A DNA stretch of 64,000 bases, taken from the human T2T-CHM13v2.0 reference genome, Homo sapiens. Below the pieces are notes generated by a model. It did not search any database. It was not told the origin of the DNA and saw only the letters and a program-made list of their open reading frames with translations. Position numbers and translations under genes: made by a program. Shown here piece after piece: positions 52,673 through 64,000 of this stretch (the stretch's first letter is position 1; each line of letters begins with the position of its first letter). Location: assembly GCF_009914755.1 (NCBI RefSeq), contig NC_060935.1; one strand, 5' to 3'.

Positions 52673-53793
52673 ACACAAAATTTGTCTTTTGCATGGGCTC
52701 AGTTTCCTATGTAAGTCTCATGAGGATAGAGACTGTGTTTTATCCAGGTTTTTCATATTTAGACAACAGAGGGAGCAGTGGCTTAAGAGGCAAAAAATAA
52801 TACATGTAATTTTGGGTTTCTTAGAGACTCTGTGTTAAGTAAGACATAGATGACAAATTAGGCAAGGCCTGAGATATTTTTGTATTCTTTTCGGTACTAC
52901 GTGTCAAATGGAGAAAGTTGTTAGCACATGATGGATGTTGGAGATTTAAATTTCCCTCCAGGGCCATAGTAGGCTCTGGCTTTGATTGCTGCTAAAATAG
53001 GTGCAAGTTTTTGTAGCCATCTCACTATGTAGACACACTCTTGGTTTGGTTAAAGCTTCATAACTAGGCCATAACAAGTAGGCAATGAATAATGAAGACA
53101 GCTAAAACAGGATTTGATGGAAAGGCAGAGGAGGAAGAGTTGGTATAAGAAACAGATTTGGGAAAGTAATAGGCAGGTGCAGGGGCTCAGAAACTGATGC
53201 CCCGAAGTATAGTGCTTTGACACGTGAAACTGAAGAAGTCTCAAGGTGGTCTCTGACTCCCCACCATCTCTCCCGAAGGACAGAATAAAGTTGTTCTCTG
53301 AAGTTTCTTTACCTGCCTAAAGTTCAGGTCCACCAAGGAGAACAATCATTTTTTTCTCCCCTTCCTATTATGTCATTGCCTGCCGCAGAAAGACCAAGAA
53401 TGTAACCACATTTGAACAGACCCTTTCAGGAGATGGTGCCTGTCTCTCAGGATCATTCAAATTCCAAAGAAAAATATTTACAAGTTAATCTCTGTTCCCT
53501 TATCCATTTGTTTTCCCTAGTAATTATTTGTTGGTCCTCAAGAGAATTCCTCACTTTACCCCATTCCACAACCCATTTTTTCAGGATCCAAGCCCACATT
53601 CTTTCTGTAACCTTAAGATGATATATAAGCTTCTGTTCCCCCTTGGGGATTGAGTAATCACTCTGTGATTTTTCTCCTGTATACACATTAATACATTTAT
53701 TTGCCTTTTCTCTCAATCTGCCTTTTGTGAGCTGATTTCTCAGCAAACCTTCAGATGGTGAAGGGAACATTTCTCTCTTAGCCCCCACAGTTT

Positions 53794-53811
53794 TGGTGCT
53801 GTGAGCAGGAT
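53794..53811 (+). other. Retroviral primer-binding site complementary to tRNA-Ser(CGA)
   Basis: tggtgctgtgagcaggat versus TGGCGCTGTGAGCAGGAT (17/18; the mismatch is a CpG transition), 4 nt after the LTR end. Confidence 0.8.
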
Positions 53812-55502
53812 ACCAGATCTCTACTCTTTTAGAAGCTGTAATGAAGGAAACCCAGGATCTGACTAGCCCACATAGGTATAAGACTTTCTTACCAACCAGG
53901 GTCCCGACCTCTTTCTCTGTGATACCTGGTCAAGCATATGGTAAAAATCTCTCTATTTTTCCTCCACAAGTTTTAGATAATGGGAGAAAAGGATTTACGT
54001 AACCGGTCTTGGGTGTAGTGACACTGACGTGTTTTTTATTACTTTTGGTATGAATATTCATATTATTTGATAACTTTCTCCCTAGAAATACTCCTTTCCT
54101 CTGTCTTTGTGTTTCTGTGTTGTTTTGTCATGAAGAGGAATACTGAATGGGATTCCCCCTTGTCGTTTTTTATGTCCTTGAGAACTTGCCTTGTGACGAA
54201 GTGGAAGCATTCTCTCTTGGTCTCTGTCATTTGGGAAGTGTGGTTTTTATTTTTTATTTCTTATCCCTAATGGTGAGTAATTCAAGAGGTGTGATTTTTA
54301 GATCATGCCAGGTGGCCAGTCTGTAAATGCCTGGGAATCTGAGACACATAAACACACTTTTTGTTCTGAATGTATTAAGCTCTTGGGAGAGTTAGTTTTA
54401 CTAAGAAGTCCCATCAGTAAAAAGTTTTTGTTGTCTCAATACTCTTGTTGTCTGATAAGTCTGTGGCAACAGGAGTCTTGCTATCTTAGCCTATTCTTGG
54501 AGATAATTGTTTTTGGGAAAGATCTTATGAGATTGTTTCTTCTATACCCTCTCCAGGAAACACTTCTAAACCTAGAAAATTATATCCTGGCCTTTCCATG
54601 AGGACGCTAATAGATTGAGTCTCTGTTGGAAGAAGCACACCATTATAAGTTCTAATTATCAATGGCCAGAAGATAGCTCATTTAAATTAAAAAATACTCC
54701 TAAACTAAGAAGAAAATAATTTAAAAAGCTGTTATTCTAAATAATTGCCTTATCTATAGTTATTAAAAAATCAAAAAAGATTATACATAACAGTGTCATG
54801 GCTAGCTTTAGAAATTCTCTTGACTAAATTAACAAAAATCTGACCTAAAACAGAGTTAAAAGTTAAAATCTTTCAGAAACTCAAGCTGCCTGCTTTCAAT
54901 AGAGGTTCACGATGTGGGCTGCTCCATCTTGTACTCACTAGTTAAATCTCTGTGCATTCACAATTGTGGCCTGGGTTTGATTCACAGTCCGGAAATTAGG
55001 CTTTTTAAGTTTTACATTTGTGTAACTTCACTTTTTGGGGCACTATAATAATTAATTTACTGATCCTTTTCTCTTCCATGGGCGGTTTTTACTTTCCTGT
55101 TCCTTCTCTGTGGGGACATAAAAGGCTTTTGGTCCTTTGTGTGTAGATGGTCAACCAAGAAGATGAGACCCTAGAAAATATGGCCAGAGAGATGTGGGCC
55201 ATACCCCATTTGCAGCCGTGAAACTTTCCTTTCTTCAAGCTGTCTTCAGATGGTTCCATATCTTGTGAGGACTGCCTTACACTTCTTTGGCAATGACTTG
55301 TGCATCCTTGGTTAAATCATAATCTTGGTTAAGATGTATTGGTTTCACTTGGGAGGCCACCTTAGGTAAAACGTTCAAAAGCCAGGAATACATCTTGTTT
55401 GTCCTGACTAAAATCTGATAGTAAGAGAATTAAAGGTATTTTTTTTAAAGAGGTTTGTGGTCAGAAATTAGCTTAATTAAAAGCTGATATTCAAGCTATA
55501 TA

Positions 55503-55503
<1 letters not shown>

Positions 55504-55536
<33 letters not shown>
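55504..55536. repeat. (CA)n microsatellite
   Basis: Directly visible. Confidence 0.95.
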
Positions 55537-55537
<1 letters not shown>

Positions 55538-55745
55538 TTTAAACACCTTTCTGCTTTTTTCTTTTTTACCATTAAAATTTTTTTCAGTCAACTAAACTAC
55601 TTCAACTTTTGAAAATTATGTGCTTGATCCCTCTATTCATTTACTTTCTTAAAAATTGTTCTCCCATTTACTTCTACTTCCTACTCTTTTTTCCTTTTTG
55701 CTGTCTTAAATATTACATGAAGGGATCTAATATTTCAGATCTTTT

Positions 55746-56118
55746 GCAGTGGCTCATGCCTGCAATCCTAGTGACTTAGGTGGCTGAGGCAGGAGGATTA
55801 TTTGAGTCCACGAGGTCAAGAGCAGCCTGGGCAGCATAGTGAGACTGTCTCTACAAAAAAACACAAAAATTAGCCGGATGTGGTGGTGCATGCCTGTAGT
55901 CTCAGCTACTTGGGAGGCTGAGGTGGAAAAATCACTTGTAAATCACTTGCAGATTACCCAATCTCAGGTATTCTGTTATAGCAGCACAAAATGGACTAAG
56001 ACAGAAGATAACAATAGAAGTTGAGGCTGTAGTGAGCTGTGATCACATCATTGCACTTAAGGCTGGGTGACAGAGTGAGATCCTATCTCCAAAAAACAAA
56101 ACAAAACAAAACAAAAAC
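55746..56118 (+). mobile_element. AluJ carrying a ~80-bp foreign insertion (55939-56019)
   Basis: Alu right arm is split between atcacttg and gttgaggctg; (AAAAC)n tail. Confidence 0.9.
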
Positions 56119-57730
56119 AGGAACACAGAAAAGGGTTCCACTCACTCCCTTTTTGCAGTCTTCGGTCTTGCTGTGGAGTCTAAAATGTCATGGGCAGATT
56201 CTGCTCTGGCCTAAAACTCTGTCTTTCACGTTGCATTATGTAATCTCTGGCTTTTGGAGGTACCACGTATTACTTTATACTGTGGAAAACACTTTAACTT
56301 TCTGTGTGTGATAATTGGTGAATCACTGGAAAGAGCTATGGTTTTAGAGGTGGCTGGCAACAATTGTTTACAGTAAATGGTTATTACTGCATGGGACTAC
56401 TTGTTTCTTTATGTGCTTAGATTTTAAAAGGTGCAGTTTAAACACTTAAAAATGTCTTTATAACAAAGTACGCTTCATAAGCATTGCAGGACCTGTTCTC
56501 ATGGCATTTCCCTCTTTTTGGGAACCTGAGATTCAGTGTAAAGGTGGACTCTTTAATTTTTAAAAATCTAGATACTCTAGATACTTTGCCTTTCAACTAT
56601 ACCTGCTTTTCATATATTTAAATTATTAGGCCCTAAGAACTACAAATGTTTTGTTGGCCCTTTTCCTTATTGGGCTCTGCCCTGAGCTCAATGGTCCAGT
56701 TAAAAAACAGACTAAATTAAAAGCTAATTATTTAAGTAAAATTAGTATCTTTATAAAAATCTATGGTAGATTCCTATTATTTGTAAGTTACTTTAACATT
56801 CATTTTTGATCTTCCTTAACTAGCCCACCAAAGCTCCTTTAAAAAGCTGAAATCTTCTCTTTGCAGCCATGTAAGACAGATAAACTTAGCCTTTTTCATT
56901 TATGAAGACACAGTTTAACTCCCACTGTCCTTTTAAGCTAGTTAGTTTTAGTGATTACGTATCTAAAATTTTAAAATCAAAATGATGAAGTCTTTGTGTC
57001 TGTGTCTTTATGTGTACTGTATATATGTGTATATGCCTGTAATGCTAACATGGTAACAAATTAACTTATGTATAAATGAATCCACATAAATCAAATAACT
57101 AGCCCAAATACTTTTCAAGTTAATGTAGCTTTAATAATTTTTGGTAAAGACAAATAGTTTTAAACTTGTTAATAAAATAAAAACATCTTCAAACTTTAAT
57201 TTAGACAGTTTCTTTGCCTAGGTCTATTGGTCAAACAGGTTTATACTATCTCTACGAGCTTTTTAAGGTCATAAAACTGTTACTTCTATAATGTTTTTGA
57301 TACTTAATTTGTCTGTGAGATTACGTCATTAAACTTGAGACTTTAAATTCTGAGTTCTAGATGAGTGGCCATGGTAAGATCTGGGGATGGCATTCGGACC
57401 CTGTCTTCCCTGACCCAAATGTGCCTTCTGGCCATGCTGGGAGGGGTTGGATCTGCCAGACAGTTTCTCTGTAGCCCTGCCCTTTGTTCTATACTCTACA
57501 TCTAATAAAAAATTAAAATTACTTCGTAGGTTTTCACTAAAAATTAAGGCTACAAAGAGTTAACATTATAATTAACATATAAACATTAAAACTACTAAGT
57601 ATAAAAAATGCATATACAACATATATTTAAAAATTAAGATGTGTAAAAAAACTTTGTAAATTGTATGATTTTGAACTTGGTTGGAGGTATACTCTTGCTG
57701 AGTACCCTACAAGAGCAAGATGTAAGAAGG

Positions 57731-58083
57731 TGCTATTATTTGAATGTGTTTCCAAGAATGCATGTGTTAGAAACTTAATCCCCAATCTGATAATGTTGGG
57801 AGTTGGAGCTTACTGGGAAATGTTTAAGTCATCTGGGTGGAACCCTCATGAATAGATTAACGCCATTATGAAAAAAGCTTGTGGGAATGGGTTCATTCTT
57901 TTACACTCTTGCCTTAGCACCTTCTGCCATTTGATGATGCAGCAGGAAGACCTTTGTGAAATGCCAGTACTTCGCTCTTACCATTCACAACCTCCAGAAC
58001 AGTGATCTAATATGTTTATGTTCATTGTAAATTAGCCAATCTCAGGTATTCCATTACCTGAGATTGGGTAATGTACTAAGACA
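57731..58083 (+). mobile_element. MSTD/MSTC-like MaLR solo LTR
   Basis: tgcta..tttgaatgtg..gaaacttaatccccaat...actaagaca; 5-bp TSD gaagg/gaaga. Confidence 0.85.
58031..58072. repeat. 18-bp inverted repeat with 6-nt loop
   Basis: attagccaatctcaggta-ttccat-tacctgagattgggtaat (17/18 pairs). Confidence 0.95.
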
Positions 58084-58324
58084 GAAGATAACAGTAGAAA
58101 ATATCTGCTTAGCTAACCTTTCTCATATTTGAGTTGTGATCACGCAGTTGGCATAATTCTCCTTCCTCTTGGTGCCAAAGGTCAGAAACCTGGGGAGAGG
58201 TTGCCTCAAACTCTTCTTGGTGACTGGTGGAGTCAGATGCTTGGCTTTTGTGGAATGAATGACAAAAAACATCAGTTTGAGGGACAGCGGAAAGAGAATT
58301 GCCAGAAGGTGGAAAAGAGAAAAC

Positions 58325-58490
58325 TGATTATTAGAGGCGTGACTCTCTCATTAAGTAGCTATGTGATCTTGTGGAAATAATGCTGAGCTCAGCTTCCTAG
58401 TCACTGAAATGAAGGAATTCTTACCTGCCTAATGTAAGAATCACACAAGATGATTTCAGTGAAAGCACTCTATGAACCTAAAATCGTCCT
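58325..58490 (+). mobile_element. MIR
   Basis: tagctatgtgatcttg..ctgagctcagcttcct. Confidence 0.6.
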
Positions 58491-61400
58491 ATAAAGTTAG
58501 CCACCTCTCTTTGTGACTAGTTGGGCATCATTCTAGGGTCCGGTAGAGTGTTATTATTTCATTGCTGTTTATATTTCTTTTAAAACATGGAATTATGTCT
58601 ACTAGGGATTAGACAATGGATCGTTTTTAACATTTTCAGTTAAATGACCCTATACTTTCCTGAAGTCTTGTTTCAGTGTGGTCTCCAGAAAGTTCTTCAT
58701 AAACTCTGAAGGCTAATTTGTCAGAGCTGTATTATATTTTGATGTAGTATAATTTGTTTTTCTATAATCCCACATCTTTCTTGATGTTATTACGTTGGTC
58801 AACTATTAAAAATGGATACTTCTCTTGTAATATCTATTCAGAAACAGCAAAAGGGCATCATAGAGCAAACATTAGACATTGGGGTAAGATGACAATAAAC
58901 CTTCTTCCCCAGATTTCTAGGTGTCTCTGGTGGGTTAATTAAAAGTTGATCACAGTGTTAATAAGTAAGAAAAATGGAGGTTTAAGATGGAGAGATGGGG
59001 ATGGGTATTTAGGTAGCTCTTAATTATAAGTTGAGCTAGAACAGTCTGTTAAGTTTTGGCAATTTGCTTAACAAGGAACTTAAAATGGAGAACTTGAAGA
59101 AGTTACCTAAGAAAGAAGTTCATTGCAGTAATACAGGATGAAAATGCCTGGCCCAGTGAAGTGAGAAATTTCTGTAACAAAATGAACCCCTCAGGAAGAT
59201 ATAAAGAGTGAATTTGTTGTGCTTCTAGTATTATGGGAAATAACTTACTGACAAAGCAGAATTTATAATTTAAACTGATTATACAAACCAGCTCTAAAGC
59301 CAGACAAAAGTGTGCAGATTAAAAGTTAATTAGCTATACTGATCCCTGAGGTGTTGCCTGTGTCTATGAGGGGTTGTTATGAAACATTGATATTGTATAA
59401 AGTTGTGAATTTACTGGTCATTGAAGTACAGAAAGTCTTCTGTCCAATTCAGCTTTGTACTTGCAAAGGGAAAGCCAAACCACTGGAACAGGTTTTCTTC
59501 CCTATTTTGCCTCCTCTGCTTGTTTCCTGATTGGCAGATGGACAGATTTGTGAGTGTAAATGAAAACCACTCTTACAGCTACTGTAGAGAAAGAGTAGCT
59601 TATGATAGTAAAGTATTTTCTCATCTCTCTGCAGGTATAGGGATTTTACACAGCCATACCTTGTTCTGTAATGATATGAAGCCTTTTTCTGAGGTGCAGA
59701 ATCTTCTGTCTCCTACAATTATTTCCTTTCCATAACCTTTCTTATACTATCCACAAAAGTTAACCATACTTTTTCATCTCATGAACATCTTTTCTTAAAA
59801 AAATCTATTTCCACTTTTGGCAACTTTATACCACAATCATACTTTTATGCCCTTTTGAGCAAAGAAATTGAGGAGGGGGATGCCTCCCTGGATGGCCAAG
59901 GGATCATATAACAAACTGTGATCCTTTAATTACTGTTTAAATATCTGTCTGAAACCGTGGCATTTCTGGAGCCAGCAACAACGACAACAACAACGAAAGA
60001 AAAGCAGAGTACCACCTAAATTAAATGGCGCAATTTCACCTTTCTGTTCTCTCCTAGTTAATTTCAAGGTGAAACTCAAAGGGACCATGAAAAGATGGAA
60101 TAAAAATAAGACACTTCAAGCCCATTCTAGTTTTGTTTACTGAACTCAATATCTCTTGAAATGGAAAGGCAGAATCCAGGTGTTAGCATCATATTGTCCT
60201 GGGGAGATGTGAGAGTGGAGGTCATGCAGTAAAAGGGCATGAAAGCATGCATACTGCATGAGGGATTAATTGCCAGGAGCATATGAGAAGAATCATGGCA
60301 CTTAATACCCAGAGCCTGAACAAATACCAATATGAGAAAATGGTCACATATCTGCAAACACAGGAGGGCTCTAAATCAATAAATAAAGAAGAGATTAGCT
60401 TATTTTTTCATAAATAATACAAGATGCTGTTGGAGAAGATCATCAAAGATAAACTGCCTTGTGTAGCTTGACCTAACTGTTTTCAAGTTTAAATTCTGAA
60501 CAATGTTCATAGTAATTGAGACCCTGTTAAAAGAGTAGGGGAGGGGTACCTTGTGGTATTTCCAGGTTTTGCAGTATACCTTCCAGTCAAGTTTGCTTGT
60601 TTTTTGAATCTGTAGCTATAATGCTGAATATTGAAGATTTAAGTTTATTATCCAGAGCCCGAGGCTTATTAGAACCTAAGCACTAAATGGGAATTCAATT
60701 AGGTTCTCTCCATCCTATTTACTAAAGCAGAAAATTGAAATCGTTAGTCTTAGAACAGTGTTTCTCACTTGTGGGTGGGGAGGGGGCAGAGACAGCCTTT
60801 CTTCAGGAAGACATCTCACTCTCCCAGTGGGTATATGAAAATACATATTTAAAATTATAAAATTTTAAAATTGAAATACCACAAAAAGTCATTAGTTTTG
60901 TAATGAAAACTACATCAGAAAAGCTAAAGGAAAGTTCTTGGTTGATGAGAATACATAGAAAATAAACTCTTCTTTGCCTGTCAGTAATTCCATTATGGAG
61001 ATGAGAACAAGACCTCTGGACATATGCAAAGGAGCAGAATCTCTGGAGAAGAGAGGAGATGTTTATGTTTATCAAGAGAGGGCATAGGTTAAAACATATT
61101 GAGAAGCATGGTCTTATAACAGGGTCCAATGCAGCAGGTTCTGTAACAAGAATGTTACGCTTATGCTTCACTTAACTGGAAAATTCAATTTAATAGAGAC
61201 CCTTTAACATTTTGATTAATAGAAGATCAACTGTCACCCATTTGGGTTTTTTTTTTCCTTTTCTTCATTAACTACTTTTGGGAATGTATAGACCCTACCT
61301 TCATGCAAAGGTCTGTTTGAAACCTGAGGGATTCCTTACAACACTGCTGAATTCTTCCAGTGCCAAGGGCATTTTGCTGGTATAGAAGAAAGAGGAATTA

Positions 61401-63099
61401 TTGAGAACAGATGGCCCTTTTGATTTGATTTTTAGCAAAATGGGGTAATAGCGTGCTCACTAATGCATGAAATCTGTTACATCTATTCTCTTGCTTTGCT
61501 TGGAGGAAGAACATAAGTAAGAAATGTCTTTTCCTTCATTTTTTTCATTTCTCACTAAGCTTGTTAGGAGAATAAATGACATTAGGAATTCTGTGCAAGT
61601 GTTACATTTGTTCCTGCTTTTTAATCTATCACTTTTTAAGGTTAAAAAACTATCAAGGGAATTTGAGAAAATGAAGTAAAGGATATAAACCATGTTATTA
61701 TCAGAGAGTTTGAAGAATAGTGATTTCAACCATATTTTTCTTATCCTCAAGATCGCCTGCCAAAATAAAAATGCAGATTCCTTAATATAGGATTAATTAC
61801 TCAAGAATTGTTATCAGGCAGGTTCACAGGTAAAATGCAGCATTAATTTTAATAAGCATGTTTTTCTTTTCCATTTACCTTTTTAACTTGAGGAGTATGC
61901 TTTTAATAAAAATACTTTGTAAATGCCCTTTCAATGATTGTATTTGCTGTAATTGGCAGAAATGTGGACTCTGAGGTATATGTCAACCATAGGGCATTAT
62001 ATATAGCAGGGACACTATACTTAGGAGGGCACTGTGCTTGTTGCTGGGTTTCCCAAGTAGAAATAATTTAGAGAAATATGGAAGAGGCCAAACATACCAA
62101 TGCAGAAGTTAAGGAATCTAAATTCAAAAGCTGAGGCCAAAAAAATTATATTACACACACACTCAGGAGAGAACAAGGGGCCCAAGTTACCATATGAGAG
62201 ATCTAGATCAATATTTGTCACTAGTATCTAAGGGATGCTAATAGCTCTTTTATGAAAAAGGCCACTTCTATGAAGAGTCAAGTAATTGTTAACCTTCCTG
62301 GCATAGAAATGGCTTCCAGGAATATTCCTCACACTTACTTTTTCAGCCATGATGACATGAAGATGCAGGAATAGATATCACATCACAGTATGAATGACTT
62401 CTACTGGCCCTGGAATTATATGGCAAGGCTTACTGGAAGGAACTGGAAGGTACTCTGTAGAATGTTCTTCTAATCATCAGACATGTAACACTGTAAGCAG
62501 GGGAGTCAGTTCTCATTGATGTCTATTCAAAGCCATCATAATATAAAACACCATTTTATACATCATCCTAGAAAAAGGGCTGTTACTATTTTTCTGTCAA
62601 GAATAATACTACAAAACTGTCATATGAAGAGGTAGTCAAAGAGTAAGCAGCAAAAAAAAAAAAAAAAAAAGGCATGAAGAAAGTATTATGGAAGTGGATC
62701 AGGCAGTTACTCAGTAAACATAGTGTGTTATTTCTCTGGATTTGGTGATGTTTGGGGTATCTGTCAATTTTTAAAAAATTTTCAATTTATTGTGATTTCT
62801 TTTTAAATCTAAATTTATATTGAGTTTTATGCCCAATTTTCTATTTATATATTTTTTTTATTTTTCAAAATGACCCCCCTAACTACATAAGCTTTAGGCC
62901 TCCAAAAACCTTGATTTGTAATTGTGAATATATTATCCTAGCTTATAATGACAAATCCTAGACTTTTGTCTTGCTAGATGTGTATGAAAAGGTCTGAACA
63001 CACCCTGAGGAGGGCATTTCTCAAGTGTCTCTGAGGCAGTCTATTCTGTCAGCATCCTCATGGTTCTCACAATTTTTTCCACATTTCCCTGATTGTCTT

Positions 63100-63803
63100 C
63101 ACTTATTTTAAAAGTCTTTGATTATTGTGGGTACACAGTAGGTGTATATGTTTATGACATACATGAGATATTTTGATACAGGCATACAATGCATGATAAT
63201 TACCTCAGGGTAAATAAGGTATCCATAACCTTAAGCGTTTATCCTCCTTTATGTTACAAACAATCTGTTGATCAAAGAAAATAAGAAAATGACGAGACAA
63301 GTCACAATCATTTTCGGAAATTTACTTGCCAAAGTTAAGGATGCACCCAGGAGACATGTCTATGCCTTTCTCTGAAGAAGATTTTGAGGGCTCCAAATTT
63401 AAAGGGGAAAGGGTGGGATATTGAGAACCACACAGTTTTTACAGAAATGAAAGGGGGCAGAGGAAAAATGTGGGGAATCTGCATTTTAAATAAGATAACA
63501 CAGACAAAATAGGGGAATAAGCAGATGTGCGTTTGTGTTTGGTGGGTGGGGTGACTGCACCTGTAAAGATAAGCTGTCAATCTGCATTGCCATGGTGAAG
63601 TTTTAACAGCTCACCAGGAATTTCCTTGTGGGCAAAATATGAGGGAGACATGTAGCCTTTCATCCTGTAACCATCTTTTTTAGGAACCAAAAGGGGGAGG
63701 CAGGTTTGCATGACCCAGTTCCCAGCTTGAATTTTCCCTTTGGCTAAATGAGTTTGGGGTCCCCAAATTTAATTTCCTTTCACAAATCCAATTATATTCT
63801 TAG
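63100..63803 (-). mobile_element. L1MA-type 3' end, interrupted by the MER4 LTR and then by THE1
   Basis: gtgggtacacagtaggtgtatat..gttacaaacaatc|caattatattct. Confidence 0.8.
63266..63784 (-). mobile_element. Solo MER4-family LTR
   Basis: Minus strand starts tgtgaaaggaaattaaatttggggaccccaaac; 4-bp TSD aatc. Confidence 0.88.
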
Positions 63804-64000
63804 TGTATTAGTCCATTCTCACACTGCTATGAAGAAATACCTGAGACTGGGTAATTTATGAAACAGGTTTAATTGATTCACAATTCTGCATTTCTGATGA
63901 GGCCTCAGGAAACTTACAATTATGGGAGAAGGCAAAGGAGAAGCAGGCACCTTCTTCACAGGGTGGCAGGTTGGAATAAGTGCAAGCAGAGGAAATGGCA
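63804..64000 (-). mobile_element. THE1D-like LTR (runs off the window)
   Basis: tgtattagtccattctcacactgctatgaagaaatacctgagactggg. Confidence 0.88.

Larger units (their letters stand above)
53178..57660 (+). mobile_element. MER4-group ERV1 provirus remnant: 5' LTR 53178-53789 (LTR48/LTR29-like), PBS and non-coding internal region; no 3' LTR seen
   Basis: The LTR 3' part is homologous to the 46200-47430 LTR type; PBS at 53794; AT-rich MER4-type internal sequence. Confidence 0.75.

Noticed and set aside
60803-61171. 122-aa minus-strand ORF
   Set aside because: No recognisable family, non-ATG start, composition typical of non-coding AT-rich DNA.

Overview
Primate (catarrhine, probably human) repeat-rich intergenic or intronic DNA. 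No intact protein-coding exon could be recognised. The window holds a processed HMGB3 pseudogene (minus strand) split by a THE1 MaLR provirus, several ancient L1M fragments, an internally deleted L1PA7-like element, a full-length L1PA6-like element with a 3' transduction, about 12 Alus, MIR/L2/MER20/MER5 relics, and many ERV LTRs. The LTRs include adjacent solo LTR2 and LTR7, a four-level nested LTR stack and a truncated MER4-group provirus with a tRNA-Ser PBS. I found no evidence of a new gene system. The strongest observations are records of mutation and retrotransposition readable from the sequence: a locally templated insertion whose donor later became a hairpin, the L1 3' transduction, the nested LTR chronology, ORF2-deleted L1s and open ORF0 homologues. 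Repeat subfamily names come from my recollection of consensus sequences and need RepeatMasker/Dfam confirmation.
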